Origin: a virus
Taxonomy: Duplodnaviria; Heunggongvirae; Uroviricota; Caudoviricetes
Reading direction: 5' to 3' (one strand)
Length of the DNA: 64,000 nucleotides
Virus record (IMG/VR): IMGVR_UViG_2778261268_000002
The notes under the pieces are model-generated. The model had not been told where the DNA came from and did not search any database. It worked only from the letters and a program-made list of their open reading frames with translations. The translations under genes and the position numbers were made by a program. Positions within the stretch are counted from its first letter, which is position 1, and every line of letters begins with the position of its first letter. Below, piece by piece: positions 30,432-39,354 of this stretch.

Positions 30432-30716
30432 GATGTGTGCTGGAGGGAGAATAAAAGTCTAAGATGTGCGATAGAGGGAAGTCGCATTGAATTATGTGCT
30501 GTGGAGGGATCGCTGGTATCAAATATGTGTGCTGGAGGGAAAGACAGAGAATTACATGTGCACTGGAGGGAAAAACGGATGGACAGATGTGTGCTGGAGG
30601 GAAAGTCTGAGCAAACTGCGGGGCGTCCCCCTCCAGCGCACATCAAAAACGGGAAATTGGACAAGCCTTCCCGGCAGCACACATTTTTTGAATGCAGCTG
30701 CCCTCCAGCACACACT
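30432..30716. repeat. incA: incA iteron array (about 9 copies, both orientations)
   Basis: Repeats of GATGTGTGCTGGAGGGAAA and variants downstream of repA. Confidence 0.8.
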
Positions 30717-31576
30717 TATTCGGGGAGTTTCAGCTTTGGATTGCGAGAATGGACGATTACAAAACTTTCCCGGCCTTTCTTCTCAATTGAACAGTCGAGA
30801 TAGCCGATTGTTTTAAGCTGTTCTATCGCTTTCTTAATGATACGGTTTTGCTCGCCAACAGCTGACTGCAAAGCCAGGCGCTCACGGATTCGCGCGAACG
30901 ATAGCGGCAACGGGTTCTGCGGAAGGCTTTCGATGAAAGTGTAAATGGCTTGTGCAGCTTCTTTCTTCGGAAGGGCACGCAAGGCGTGGTGTTGCAACAG
31001 AACGCGATAATCAAGCTGGAACAGCTCCCACAGCTTCGAATCAGCCTCCAGCTCTATCAGATCAAGGTCAGCATCAAAACGCCCGACCTTCAGCAGACCA
31101 GTCTGATAGCCGCCTTTAGCATCTTTTCCGCGCTTAAAAGCGATACCCTTGTTACGCAAGCGTCCAAGTGATTCATGAATGGTTAAACGCAGTTTCGCAT
31201 CCAGACGTTTTGAGGGGAAACCACAGGCTTTAGCGAATTCCTGAAACGATAACTGGATGGTGTTTGAGGACAAGCCGTATTTGCTGAACGCGTAGATGAC
31301 ACCGATCCACGTTTTGAAATCAGTATCCATATCGAGTCGAGGACCGGTGATTTTAATATCATCGTAACCCTCGGCTTTAGCTATCTCCAGCTGGGAAAAC
31401 GCTTTGGTGGCATCAATCTCTTTACTTTCTCCTTTGCTCTTTGATGGCTTCGGAACGAATACCCCCAAGCGCATCAACGCTACAGGCTGGACAGTGTTGT
31501 TTGAATTAACTGTTAGTTCTTTTGCCTTACTTTCAATGTCTGCGTAAAGAATATCGGAGATAAATGATTGATTCAT
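30716..31576 (-). CDS. repA: Plasmid replication initiator RepA
   Basis: 286 aa; MNQSFISDILYADIESKAKELTV...; flanked by iteron arrays; recognised as P1-type RepA. Confidence 0.9.
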   Translation of the reverse strand: MNQSFISDILYADIESKAKELTVNSNNTVQPVALMRLGVFVPKPSKSKGESKEIDATKAFSQLEIAKAEGYDDIKITGPRLDMDTDFKTWIGVIYAFSKYGLSSNTIQLSFQEFAKACGFPSKRLDAKLRLTIHESLGRLRNKGIAFKRGKDAKGGYQTGLLKVGRFDADLDLIELEADSKLWELFQLDYRVLLQHHALRALPKKEAAQAIYTFIESLPQNPLPLSFARIRERLALQSAVGEQNRIIKKAIEQLKTIGYLDCSIEKKGRESFVIVHSRNPKLKLPE

Positions 31577-31632
31577 ATTACTTTTTCCGAATTGTGTGGA
31601 TAGTTTTTATAAGTGGTGATAACTACCCAGGC

Positions 31633-31736
31633 TTTCCCGTCAGCACACATCCTATATCCCGCCAGCACACATTAGCAACCCGTCAGCACACATTTTTATC
31701 CCTCCAGCACACATCGTTTTCCCTCCAGCACACATC
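31633..31736. repeat. incC: incC iterons within the plasmid origin (5 direct repeats)
   Basis: Five copies of TTTCCCTCCAGCACACATC-like 19-mers upstream of repA. Confidence 0.8.
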
Positions 31737-31775
31737 GCGATACACTTCTAAACCAGACGTGGCGCGGCCTGCAAC

Positions 31776-31853
31776 GATCAGGGATCTATATGGATCTAAT
31801 TGGGATCTGTATGGACCTAATTATTGGATCTACCCAGTGGATAATGTGGATAA
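31776..31853. other. oriR: Plasmid origin core: GATC cluster and tandem DnaA boxes
   Basis: Five GATC sites within 55 bp (31776-31830) followed by AGTGGATAA and TGTGGATAA DnaA boxes. Confidence 0.7.
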
Positions 31854-31893
31854 GTGAAAAACCGGCCAACATAGCCGGTTGGAAGGAAGGGTA

Positions 31894-32286
31894 TTATTCT
31901 ACGCTTTCGATAAGAAGACCATGTTCATAGCATTTAAGCTCATCGCCTTCATACAGGAACTGGTATCCAATACCACCATATTCAGGCACATTAGGGAATA
32001 ACTCATCACTTACCGAAGAACAAATCACACCAATGCAGCGATCAACGCCTTCTCGTTCTTCAGTGCTGAAAAAATCCTCTTCGGTAAGAACATGAGTGCA
32101 TTGCTCATCAGCATAGGTCGGAAATACATGCTCGATGCAATCCGGGTGTTTTAAACCAAGCTGATTGGCAAGCTCGAAAGCATGACGGTATTGTTCAGAT
32201 CCTGGCTTGCCAACAGTGATTTGCTCAATTTTGTAGATTGAAGTCGCTTTGTTGATAGTTTGCTTTACTGTTACTTTATCAGACAT
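31894..32286 (-). CDS. Hypothetical protein
   Basis: 130 aa, acidic; no recognised motif. Confidence 0.45.
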   Translation of the reverse strand: MSDKVTVKQTINKATSIYKIEQITVGKPGSEQYRHAFELANQLGLKHPDCIEHVFPTYADEQCTHVLTEEDFFSTEEREGVDRCIGVICSSVSDELFPNVPEYGGIGYQFLYEGDELKCYEHGLLIESVE

Positions 32287-32297
32287 AAAAATCCCTT

Positions 32298-32549
32298 TTA
32301 GTTACCGCTGATAGCGCGGTTGTAATCATTAACGTTGCGATTCTTCCTGTTAATCCCCATCAGCATCGTTTCTGTATCAAGGATATACGCTGGCAGATCA
32401 TCAAAATATTCACTGCTAAACTCTGGCATCCTGCACATAAACGCACTTTTGGGGGCAGGGTGGTTAACCTTTGTCGGCGTCGGCGTTAAATTCGCTGATC
32501 GACTCCCGGAGCAACCGCTGAGTGTCAGCAGGAATACGCTGGCGAACAT
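32298..32549 (-). CDS. Proline-rich lipoprotein (outer-membrane spanin-like)
   Basis: Lipobox LTLSGC then TPTPTKVNHPAPK and a single Cys; gene overlaps the 3' end of 32464-32886 in another frame. Confidence 0.5.
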   Translation of the reverse strand: MFASVFLLTLSGCSGSRSANLTPTPTKVNHPAPKSAFMCRMPEFSSEYFDDLPAYILDTETMLMGINRKNRNVNDYNRAISGN

Positions 32550-32886
32550 TACCCGCCGCAACCAGTTGTTTCTGAACTTCAGCTTTTCGTTCCATTTGCC
32601 TGTCAGCATACTTGGCTTGTTCTGATTCATTTTTCACTTCCTGGCTGTGAAAATGTTGCTCTGCTTTGTTCATCGTCTCAATGGTCTGGTTAAGATCCTT
32701 TATTGACTTATCACGTTCCTTAACAGCCTGATCAAGACTGCCAATTTTCTCGATGGCTTGCTTTAGCTGATGACGTTCCCATACAAACCCAGCACCAACA
32801 AGTGCGCAAATCAGAACAAGAACACCAGTAGCAGCAAGTTTCTCCTTCAAAGACAAAGCTGTTTTTAACGTAGAAAAGAATGACAT
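32464..32886 (-). CDS. N-terminally anchored coiled-coil protein (inner-membrane spanin-like)
   Basis: 141 aa from ATG at 32886; TM segment LAATGVLVLICALVGAGFVW then helical periplasmic region. Confidence 0.5.
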   Translation of the reverse strand: MSFFSTLKTALSLKEKLAATGVLVLICALVGAGFVWERHQLKQAIEKIGSLDQAVKERDKSIKDLNQTIETMNKAEQHFHSQEVKNESEQAKYADRQMERKAEVQKQLVAAGNVRQRIPADTQRLLRESISEFNADADKG

Positions 32887-32925
32887 GTCTTCCTCCTGAA
32901 GAAAAATTATCAATGAAGTCCTTTG

Positions 32926-33714
32926 TTACTGTGCCGCTTTGTTTAATTCATCAAGAACAGAATCAGGAACCAAAGCGGCAACTGCGCTGGCTGTGCTGGC
33001 CTTATTTGCTGATGCTTCCGCAAGCGCGGTACCGATAGCATGGTTATAAGCAGTTATGGCTACGTTGGCGCTTTCATTCGCTCGTTCATACTGCTGTTGT
33101 AACGCAGTTGTGGGCGCTGTTGTCTGGTTGAAAACAACCCCAAACTGTTCAGTTGCTACTTTCAGAGATTCAATTTGCTCTTCTGTTAGTGTTGGTGGGG
33201 GAGTGGCAGTGCCGCCGCCTGAACCAGAGCCTGACGAGCTTACTGAGCCAGTGTTAAGGGTCTGGTTAATCTCCCCCATAGCAGCGACTAAACTTGATGT
33301 ATTAAGCGCGTTAACAGCGTCCTCAAGCGATTTAGTAATATTCACATCACCAATGGCAATAGAGATCGGCAGTTCTGAAACTTCTCGCTCATTAGCACGG
33401 CAGTAAACATCCCAACCAATATCGAGTTGAAGCAGCATTGACAGATCTGCATAACCAGCCAACAGGTCCGCGTGCTTAGTTGCCAGTTCTCCAATGTTCG
33501 TTAAGCCGGTTGTAGTTGTTCTGATCGTTGAAACATAACTGGTAATAGTGTCGGGATAGACAATTGTATCCAGAATTAATCCGGTCAATTCTTCTGCAAG
33601 CAGTTTTGCTGTGTTAGCACTGTTTCGTGCCGATGTTATGGCACCAGGTGTTTTCATCCCACCAGCGGCGGCCAATTTTTTATATGCGGATAACTGGTAG
33701 TCTTTTTCCAGCAT
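32926..33714 (-). CDS. Hypothetical Ser/Gly/Thr-rich protein
   Basis: 263 aa from ATG at 33714 (RBS AGGAG); poly-Ser/Gly linker GSVSSSGSGSGGG. Confidence 0.5.
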   Translation of the reverse strand: MLEKDYQLSAYKKLAAAGGMKTPGAITSARNSANTAKLLAEELTGLILDTIVYPDTITSYVSTIRTTTTGLTNIGELATKHADLLAGYADLSMLLQLDIGWDVYCRANEREVSELPISIAIGDVNITKSLEDAVNALNTSSLVAAMGEINQTLNTGSVSSSGSGSGGGTATPPPTLTEEQIESLKVATEQFGVVFNQTTAPTTALQQQYERANESANVAITAYNHAIGTALAEASANKASTASAVAALVPDSVLDELNKAAQ

Positions 33715-33722
33715 GATATCTC

Positions 33723-34007
33723 CTAACTTACCTGAACCAGGCCGTCTCCGGACGCTACGGTAGATCCGCATGAAACAGGGTCACCAACGCATACGATCCC
33801 TTTACCATTGACGGTAAACCATGCCCTGGTTGATATAGCTTGCCCACCGTGCGTACTGTTTCCATCGGTATGCTGTGCATATTGCTTACCATCAACTAAC
33901 ACTTCGACTCCGTTGACTTTAAGTAGTGGTTCACTCTCTACAGGAGGCCTGGATGGGAATCCTCCGTGCCCCGAACAAATGCTGTCTTTTGTTGCAATAC
34001 TTGCCAC
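33723..34007 (-). CDS. PAAR-like / gp5.4-like spike-tip protein
   Basis: 94 aa; pattern VNG..V.VDG...HTDG..THGG....VNGKGIVCVGDPVSCGSTV resembles PAAR-repeat proteins. Confidence 0.4.
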   Translation of the reverse strand: MASIATKDSICSGHGGFPSRPPVESEPLLKVNGVEVLVDGKQYAQHTDGNSTHGGQAISTRAWFTVNGKGIVCVGDPVSCGSTVASGDGLVQVS

Positions 34008-34088
34008 GTCATCACCAATTATTTGCTCTGATTTTCGTTATTTTAACTCAGGTTGTTTGTGGTCTACATGGCGTTTACCTATTATAAA

Positions 34089-34105
34089 ATTGCTCTAATA
34101 AATAT
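34089..34105 (+). promoter_or_regulatory. Repressor (C1-type) operator
   Basis: ATTGCTCTAATAAATAT. Confidence 0.55.
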
Positions 34106-34176
34106 TGTTTTTTATGTCGTATTTTCGGTACCATTCAGCCATCGCCCTTCAATGGGCATTTGTTTGGAGTCGTCAG

Positions 34177-34461
34177 ATGCAGATGGAGCTAATAAGCCGC
34201 AAAGAGTTCGATAGCCGTGTAACCAGCGGTGAACTCGACAACTTGCAGGCTATCAAGGTGAAAGAAGGCTTTTGCCTCATTGGGAATCAGAGCGGAACAA
34301 ATCGCGTTTTTATGCTTCGCCGTACGGATTTGAAGCCATTTGTCTGGAAGAACGAAATTGGTCCCAGCTCATACGCTCAAACGAGGGGGGGCCACAACCT
34401 GGCCTTTTTCTACAAAGACGAGCTTTCTGTGGTTGATATTCAAGGGTTACAACATGTTTAA
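34177..34461 (+). CDS. Hypothetical protein upstream of the rdgC homologue
   Basis: Start uncertain (track ORF begins 34105). Confidence 0.4.
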   Translation: MQMELISRKEFDSRVTSGELDNLQAIKVKEGFCLIGNQSGTNRVFMLRRTDLKPFVWKNEIGPSSYAQTRGGHNLAFFYKDELSVVDIQGLQHV

Positions 34462-35359
34462 GCACTGGAAAAACATTACTATTTATAAACTTTCTCGTGA
34501 GGCGGATCTGACCGACTTAGAAGATAAAAAGAAAATGATCCTTTTCACGCCATGCGGTAGTCAGGATATGGCCAAGTTCGGTTTTGTATCTCCATTTGGT
34601 GATAATTCCGAAGTTATCGCTATGCATGGAAATGGTTTTATCCTTGTTGAAGCAAAGCGCGAAACAAAAATTCTTCCCCCGCCGGTTATCCAGCGAGCTA
34701 TTCAAGAAAAAATTGAAAAACTTGAGCAAGAACAAGCGCGTAAACTGAAGAAAACAGAGAAGGACTCCCTGAAAGACGAAGTTCTGCATTCTCTTCTGCC
34801 ACGAGCTTTTTCAAAGTTTTCTGTTATCCAGGCGATCTACGACGGTTCAACTAAACGTATCTATATCAATGCCAGCGCGCGGCAGGCAGAGGATATGCTC
34901 GCGCTTATGCGTAAGTCTCTGGGTTCTCTTCCTGTTGTTCCCCTGAGTGTTGAAAATCCCATTGAATTAACGCTGACCGACTGGGTACGTGATGCTCGTG
35001 CTCCACAGGGATTTCAAATGGGGGATGCGGCAGAACTTAAGGCAGTGCTTGAGGATGGCGGTATCGCCCGAGTGAAAAAGCAGGATTTGGGAAGCGATGA
35101 AATTTCCACACACCTGGAAGCTGGCAAGCTCGTCACAAAGTTGGCACTCGACTGGCAGAACCGCATTAAATTTACACTGGACCATAACTTCAGCCTTACC
35201 AGCGTCAAATTTGCGGATGAATTGCTTGAGCAGAACTCTGATATTGATAGTGAAGATGTAGCGCAGCGACTGGACGCAGATTTCTTCCTGTTAACCAGTG
35301 AAATTTCGTGCCTGGTTGATGCTCTGGTAAATGCCCTGGGCGGAGAGGCTAAGCAGTGA
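34454..35359 (+). CDS. hrdC: Recombination-associated protein RdgC homologue
   Basis: 301 aa from ATG at 34454; ...[13 protein letters not shown]...KILPPPVIQ...[26 protein letters not shown]...[10 protein letters not shown]...LGGEAKQ, near-collinear with E. coli RdgC. Confidence 0.75.
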   Translation: MFKHWKNITIYKLSREADLTDLEDKKKMILFTPCGSQDMAKFGFVSPFGDNSEVIAMHGNGFILVEAKRETKILPPPVIQRAIQEKIEKLEQEQARKLKKTEKDSLKDEVLHSLLPRAFSKFSVIQAIYDGSTKRIYINASARQAEDMLALMRKSLGSLPVVPLSVENPIELTLTDWVRDARAPQGFQMGDAAELKAVLEDGGIARVKKQDLGSDEISTHLEAGKLVTKLALDWQNRIKFTLDHNFSLTSVKFADELLEQNSDIDSEDVAQRLDADFFLLTSEISCLVDALVNALGGEAKQ

Positions 35360-37374
35360 GAGAGCTGTGCTATGGATCTGTTTGCAGTGGAATTGAAGCC
35401 GCGAGCATTGCCTGGGAACCGTTGGGTATGCGTCCGGCGTGGTTTGCTGAGATCGAGCCTTTTCCATCTGCCGTTCTTGCGCACCGCTGGCCCCATGTCG
35501 CCAACCTTGGCGACATGACAAAACTCGCCCAAAAAGTCCAGGCAGGAGAAATTGAAGCCCCTGATATGCTCGTCGGGGGTACGCCTTGTCAGGCATTCAG
35601 TATCGCGGGCTTACGTGGTGGGCTTGATGATGAGCGCGGCGCGCTAACTTTGAAGTATGTGGAGCTTGCAAATGCAATTGACGACAAACGGGCTGAGTCC
35701 TTCCTCAAACCAGCAGTTATCGTCTGGGAAAATGTCCCAGGAGTCCTGTCATCAGCAGATAACGCGTTCGGATGTTTCCTTGCCGGATTGGCTGGAGAAG
35801 ATGCGCCATTCGAACCTGGTGATCGACCTGAATCACGAAAAAGTAATACGTTCTGGCGGTGGGATGTCAAAACCGGTTGCCATGCTCCAAAGTGGCCGCA
35901 GTGTGGTTGTATTTATGGACCGCAGCGAAAAGTGGCCTGGAGAATCCTTGATGCCCAATACTTCGGAGTGGCACAACGACGCCGACGCGTGTTTGTTGTC
36001 GCAAGTGCTCGAACAGACCTCGATCCCGCAACGGTACTTTTTGAGTTCGAAGGCGTGCGCCGGAATATTGCGCCGAGCAGAGGCGAGGGGAAGGAAACTA
36101 CCAGATATACTTCAAACATCGCTATCAGAACTTGCGATGATACAAACATAATTGCCATGGCACATGGGCAAGGAGGGGCTGAGATAAAAACCGATAATTC
36201 GGCACCAACTTTGACATGTAACCATGAAGCACCAATTGTATTGCTCGGCGACGGTAGAATGCGCCGTCTTACCCCTGTCGAATGTGAAAGGCTGCAAGGT
36301 TTTCCTGATGGGCATACGTTGATCCCGACGGAAAAGCGTAAAAAAGTTAATTCAGATGAACTGGCATATCTTCGCAATCACTATCCAGATTTAAGCGAAG
36401 AAGAGGTCGCGATGCTTGCAGCTGACGGACCGCGTTACAAAGCGATCGGCAATAGTATGGCAATACCAGTAATGTGCTGGATTGGAGATCGGATTACTAA
36501 GGCCGTATGTCGGCAGAAAGAAGGAAGTGAAACAAAAGAGCGAAAAGTTAAACCAGCGGCAGAATTCGAACGGTCCATATTCAAATGGGCTGGTGGAAAA
36601 TTTGGTGTTCTGGAACAAATCTTTCACTATTTGCCAGAAGGGAAGCGCCTGATTGAACCTTTCGTTGGTGGCGGAGCTGTCTTCATGAATGCCGGATACC
36701 AGGAAAATCTGCTAAATGATGTGAATGCTGACCTGATTAACTTTTACAAGACTCTGCAACGCGAGGCGCATTCACTTATCACTCTGGCACATCGTTTCTT
36801 CCTGGACTACAACACCCAGGAGGGATTCCTGGCAGTACGGAATGCGTTTAACAAACAAGTCTATGATGATTTACATCGCGCAGCGGCGTTTTTGTTCCTG
36901 AACCGACATTGTTTTAATGGATTGACGCGCTACAACCAGGCCGGTGAGTTCAATGTCGGTTATGGGAAGTATAAAACTCCGTATTTCCCATTACAGGAGA
37001 TGGAAGCCTTCCTCGGTGCGGAAGGGCGGTCTGAGTTTGTATGCGGTGATTTTGCAGCAGTGATTGAAGCTGCCGGAGAAGGAGATGTCATCTTTTGCGA
37101 TCCGCCGTATGAACCGCTCCCCAATACAGAGGGGTTTACGAACTATTCCGGTCATGACTTTAAGTTTGAAGAGCAAAAACGCCTGGTGTCTCTGTTGACG
37201 GATGCTCATCGCCGAGGTGCAAAGGTACTCATTACTAACAGTGGCGCGCCAAACGTCAGAGAACTTTATCAGGACAGTGGCTTCAGAGTGGAACCTCTCT
37301 TTGCCAGACGTTCTGTGTCTTGTAAGGGAGACACTCGTGGTGTTGCTCATGACGTTATGGCTATATTGCTCTAA
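35356..37374 (+). CDS. dmt: Bifunctional DNA methyltransferase (N-terminal cytosine-C5, C-terminal Dam-like adenine-N6)
   Basis: GTG start overlapping the hrdC stop; C5 motifs [27 protein letters not shown]; C-terminal WAGGK and DPPY motifs. Confidence 0.8.
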   Translation: MRELCYGSVCSGIEAASIAWEPLGMRPAWFAEIEPFPSAVLAHRWPHVANLGDMTKLAQKVQAGEIEAPDMLVGGTPCQAFSIAGLRGGLDDERGALTLKYVELANAIDDKRAESFLKPAVIVWENVPGVLSSADNAFGCFLAGLAGEDAPFEPGDRPESRKSNTFWRWDVKTGCHAPKWPQCGCIYGPQRKVAWRILDAQYFGVAQRRRRVFVVASARTDLDPATVLFEFEGVRRNIAPSRGEGKETTRYTSNIAIRTCDDTNIIAMAHGQGGAEIKTDNSAPTLTCNHEAPIVLLGDGRMRRLTPVECERLQGFPDGHTLIPTEKRKKVNSDELAYLRNHYPDLSEEEVAMLAADGPRYKAIGNSMAIPVMCWIGDRITKAVCRQKEGSETKERKVKPAAEFERSIFKWAGGKFGVLEQIFHYLPEGKRLIEPFVGGGAVFMNAGYQENLLNDVNADLINFYKTLQREAHSLITLAHRFFLDYNTQEGFLAVRNAFNKQVYDDLHRAAAFLFLNRHCFNGLTRYNQAGEFNVGYGKYKTPYFPLQEMEAFLGAEGRSEFVCGDFAAVIEAAGEGDVIFCDPPYEPLPNTEGFTNYSGHDFKFEEQKRLVSLLTDAHRRGAKVLITNSGAPNVRELYQDSGFRVEPLFARRSVSCKGDTRGVAHDVMAILL

Positions 37375-37381
37375 TAAATTT
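37365..37381 (+). promoter_or_regulatory. Repressor (C1-type) operator overlapping the dmt stop codon
   Basis: ATTGCTCTAATAAATTT followed by an inverted degenerate copy AAATTTATTAGTGTAAT. Confidence 0.55.
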
Positions 37382-37558
37382 ATTAGTGTAATATCACCTC
37401 AATGAATCGTGATTTATAGAGCGATTTAGCTGTTAGCCGCGACAGGCGCGGCGGCAAGTATGGCGGGGTAGTGACTCCTTCCCCATCATGACGCCGAGTT
37501 GCCAGGTTGACCATACGCCTAAGTGGCAACACCGAAGTGCGTTACGAGCTTCCAGTTT

Positions 37559-37584
37559 GCCCATCTTCGGGTGGGCGTTTTTTT
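37559..37584 (+). terminator. Rho-independent terminator
   Basis: GCCCATC-TTCG-GGTGGGC followed by TTTTTTT. Confidence 0.6.
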
Positions 37585-38050
37585 CAGGGTTTTCGTCATG
37601 GTTAGCGACTTTGCGGCGGTTTAGAAACTGACCATTAAAGTAAATGCAAACGATGATCTGATGATGGTAGCGGCCTAAGAAGCCAGACGCCACGGGGTAT
37701 GAGTCGTCCCCCGTCAAAAAATCGACCGCAGAGTGTCCCCGTCTGTGTATTAGGGAACGGGGAGGCACAACAGGTAAGGGCGCTGGTTCGATTAACCAGA
37801 TGAGCGAGAAGGGGTCATCTTTTTGGTCAGCGTCCTTACCTGTTACGTCCTTTTTCATTCTGCGTAACAGCAATTGCTTTTAGCAATTTGAAGATAACGT
37901 CCTACTACGGGTGTATCCCGTCATGCTGAAGGCGCTAATCACGCTGGAAGCCAGGGTTGTGCATCCCCTGTTACCGAATTGCAGCCAGGGCGCGGTGCGC
38001 CGAAAAGCATACGGAGGTGGAAGCCCTCGCCGGAGACGTACCCGGCAAGT

Positions 38051-38126
38051 GATGGTGTAGCTCAGCGGTTAGAGCGGTTGACTGTTAATCAACGGGTCGA
38101 TGGTTCAAATCCATCCACCATCGCCA
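38051..38126 (+). tRNA. tRNA-Asn (anticodon GTT)
   Basis: Cloverleaf with acceptor GATGGTG/CACCATC, anticodon loop CTGTTAA, T-loop GGTTCAAATCC, encoded CCA. Confidence 0.9.
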
Positions 38127-38128
38127 AT

Positions 38129-38204
38129 GCCGGTTTAGCTCAGTTGGTAGAGCGCCTGCCTTGTAAGCAGGATGTCAGCGGTTCGAGTCCGTTAACCGGC
38201 ACCA
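38129..38204 (+). tRNA. tRNA-Thr (anticodon TGT)
   Basis: GCCGGTTTAGCTCAGTTGGTAGAGC..., anticodon loop CTTGTAA, T-loop GGTTCGAGTCC, encoded CCA; 2 nt after tRNA-Asn. Confidence 0.9.
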
Positions 38205-38767
38205 GCACAACAGGTAAGGGCATTCTCCCTTATAGGGCTTGGCTTAAATGCATCGAGTGCTCTTACCGTTGTGATGAAGTGCAGCTCTTTGAAGCAACCA
38301 GAAGATAAGCATCTGGCTTCACAACATAAACCGCAGGAACGACCAATAAACGGTAGTCCGTATGGAGAACACCCCGTTGAGGAAGAGGCCTGGCCGGAAC
38401 CGTAACCGGCGACTGGTAATGTGTGTAAATGGAGCGAAATATGTGGGCGTTTAACGGGATACGGGTTGTAACAGCGATTATTAACGGCGAACTTAAGTAT
38501 TCACGTTTCGAGACAAATGAACGTGATGGGAAATGTATTGGTGTGCGGTTAGTAAGAGAATACGCATAACAACTACAACGTTGAGAACACTGGCGTAACG
38601 GGGTCATATCCCAATCTATGAATAAATGTTGCGTTGCAGCGTGACAACCAGTGTTCTCAACATTGTGGTGAATGCACAGGCTGATGTGCCGCAACTACAG
38701 TAGTGCGCGCTTTGCGGGGCTTGCTACAACCCTGTGTCGGAGTTCAGCACCGACCATCACAATCACT

Positions 38768-38854
38768 GGAGAGTAGGGAGCATGGTGCTCAAACGGTCTT
38801 GAAAACCGTCCCATTGCGCAAGCGATGATGGTTCGATTCCATTACTCTCCGCCA
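38768..38854 (+). tRNA. tRNA-Ser-like element (anticodon TGA; class II, possibly pseudo)
   Basis: Acceptor GGAGAGT/ACTCTCC, anticodon arm ACGGT-CTTGAAA-ACCGT, long variable arm with GCAA tetraloop, T-loop TTCGATT, CCA; D-arm is short. Confidence 0.45.
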
Positions 38855-39117
38855 GTGCAACGTTAAGAGTATTTGGCTAATTAAGCGAATGCCGGAAGCA
38901 GAACCGGATCACCAAATGCGTACAGGCGTCATCGCCGCCCAGCCAGCCAAGTGCTCTTACCATTGCGGTGAATGCGGCTATGCGCACGCGGAACAGTTAA
39001 AACAATCCTCCTTAGTGGTTAAGTCAAACATCCCGGCGTTAATTGTTAACTGGTTAACGTCACCTGGAGGCACCAGGCACCGCAGCTTTTTTATTCGTTA
39101 AATAATGGAGTGAGAGG

Positions 39118-39354
39118 ATGCAGAACAATCCGAACAAATGTCGAACGCTATGGGTGCGGTTATATATTTATGCCGTCCTCTGTTTGATTGTGTCACTGGT
39201 TCTGTATGTTTGGCTTTTGCCAAATATGATCTCATCTAACAGCACAATACTTGTATTGTTGGGAGTCCTTTTCGCGCTCATTTACCCGGCTTTCGCAGTA
39301 GTCTTTTTTCGTGAAAAAACCAGGAAATTAATTAATGAAAAAAACGTTGATTAG
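39118..39354 (+). CDS. Small integral membrane protein
   Basis: 78 aa, two hydrophobic helices; overlaps the start of the downstream lipoprotein gene. Confidence 0.5.
   Translation: MQNNPNKCRTLWVRLYIYAVLCLIVSLVLYVWLLPNMISSNSTILVLLGVLFALIYPAFAVVFFREKTRKLINEKNVD

Noticed and set aside
30400-31760. Dense short direct repeats flanking repA that could be mistaken for a CRISPR array
   Set aside because: Repeats are 19-bp iterons in both orientations with irregular spacing and no unique spacers; they are the incA/incC replication control arrays.
37979-38308. Plus-strand 109-aa ORF spanning the tRNA-Asn and tRNA-Thr genes
   Set aside because: It reads straight through two canonical tRNA cloverleaves, so it is spurious.
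38263-38694. Minus-strand 143-aa Cys/His-rich ORF in the tRNA island
   Set aside because: No RBS, atypical composition, and it overlaps repeats and hairpins; the region is more likely non-coding RNA or regulatory DNA.
37382-38900. Retron, tmRNA or group I intron as explanations for the structured non-coding region
   Set aside because: No reverse transcriptase gene nearby, no tag-peptide reading frame or tmRNA-like 5'/3' pairing, and no recognisable intron core elements by eye.
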